A stretch of DNA of 64,000 nt from NCBI RefSeq assembly GCF_009834535.1, contig NC_045696.1, positions 53,880,001 to 53,944,000 on the forward strand, given 5' to 3'. Shown piece by piece: positions 63,645 through 64,000 of this stretch (position 1 is the first letter of the stretch; the number at the start of each line of letters is the position of its first letter). The notes under the pieces were generated by a model that was not told where the DNA came from, made no database searches, and worked only from the letters and a program-made list of their open reading frames with translations. The translations under genes and the position numbers were made by a program. This DNA comes from Camelus ferus (Eukaryota).

Positions 63645-63890
63645 ATACTGCATAACAGTTAAGAGCATAGGGTGGGGAGCTGGACTGCCGGGTTTTGAAT
63701 CCAAGGTCTACCATGTATCAGCTATGTGATCTTGAACGAGTTGTTTTCTTTTTCTGTGCCCAACTGTAAAATGGAAATAACATTAATGGAAACTCACAGT
63801 GTGGTTTTGAGGATTACATGAGGTAATTATACGCAAAGTGCTTAGATGAGTGCCTGGGACGTGGTAAATACCACTCAACAGGGTTAGCGT
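63645..63890 (+). mobile_element. Near full-length MIR
   Basis: GTTAAGAGCAT..TGAATCC..GCTATGTGATCTTG..CTGTAAAATGG..GAGGATTACATGAG..AAAGTGCTTAGA..GTGCCTGG. Confidence 0.85.
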
Positions 63891-64000
63891 GTGTGTGCGC
63901 CCACATGCGTGCACTGAAGTTGATATCATAAATTACTTATTTTTGTCATTTCAGAGTAAGGATCAGTCATATTTGAATAAATCAATTTGCCTTTTCCATA

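Noticed and set aside
1..64000. Prokaryote-type systems (CRISPR arrays, operons, defence islands), rRNA, snoRNA or miRNA genes
   Set aside because: Sequence is clearly mammalian non-coding DNA; no regularly spaced repeat-spacer array, rRNA similarity or convincing small-RNA structure seen

Overview
AT-rich mammalian genomic DNA with no recognisable intact protein-coding exon. Four tRNA-Ala-derived vic-1-type SINEs, artiodactyl-type L1 3' ends and the absence of Alu, B1, Bov-A, PRE-1 or CAN SINEs point to a camelid. Much of the window is interspersed repeat: L1 of several ages, L2, CR1/L3, MIR, ERV1/ERVL/MaLR LTRs, and Tigger and hAT MITEs. The most informative unique sequence is a CpG-enriched, promoter-like block at about 20.5-22.1 kb. 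It contains a minus-strand first-exon candidate (donor at 20890/20889, with a strong-Kozak 28-codon uORF) and overlapping plus-strand splice and TATA signals. From memory only, not a database search, it resembles the head-to-head PDE4D (PDE4D7 exon 1) / PART1 locus. About 18 kb downstream on the same minus strand is a textbook recursive-splice-site motif (polypyrimidine tract-TAG|GTAAGT at 2815/2814) followed by a plausible 94-nt stop-containing RS-exon. Other points: a twin-primed 5'-inverted L1, a SINE-L1 junction at a G-quadruplex motif, and a perfect 68-bp tandem duplication. Repeat subfamily names are by-eye assignments. I see no evidence of a wholly new multi-gene system.
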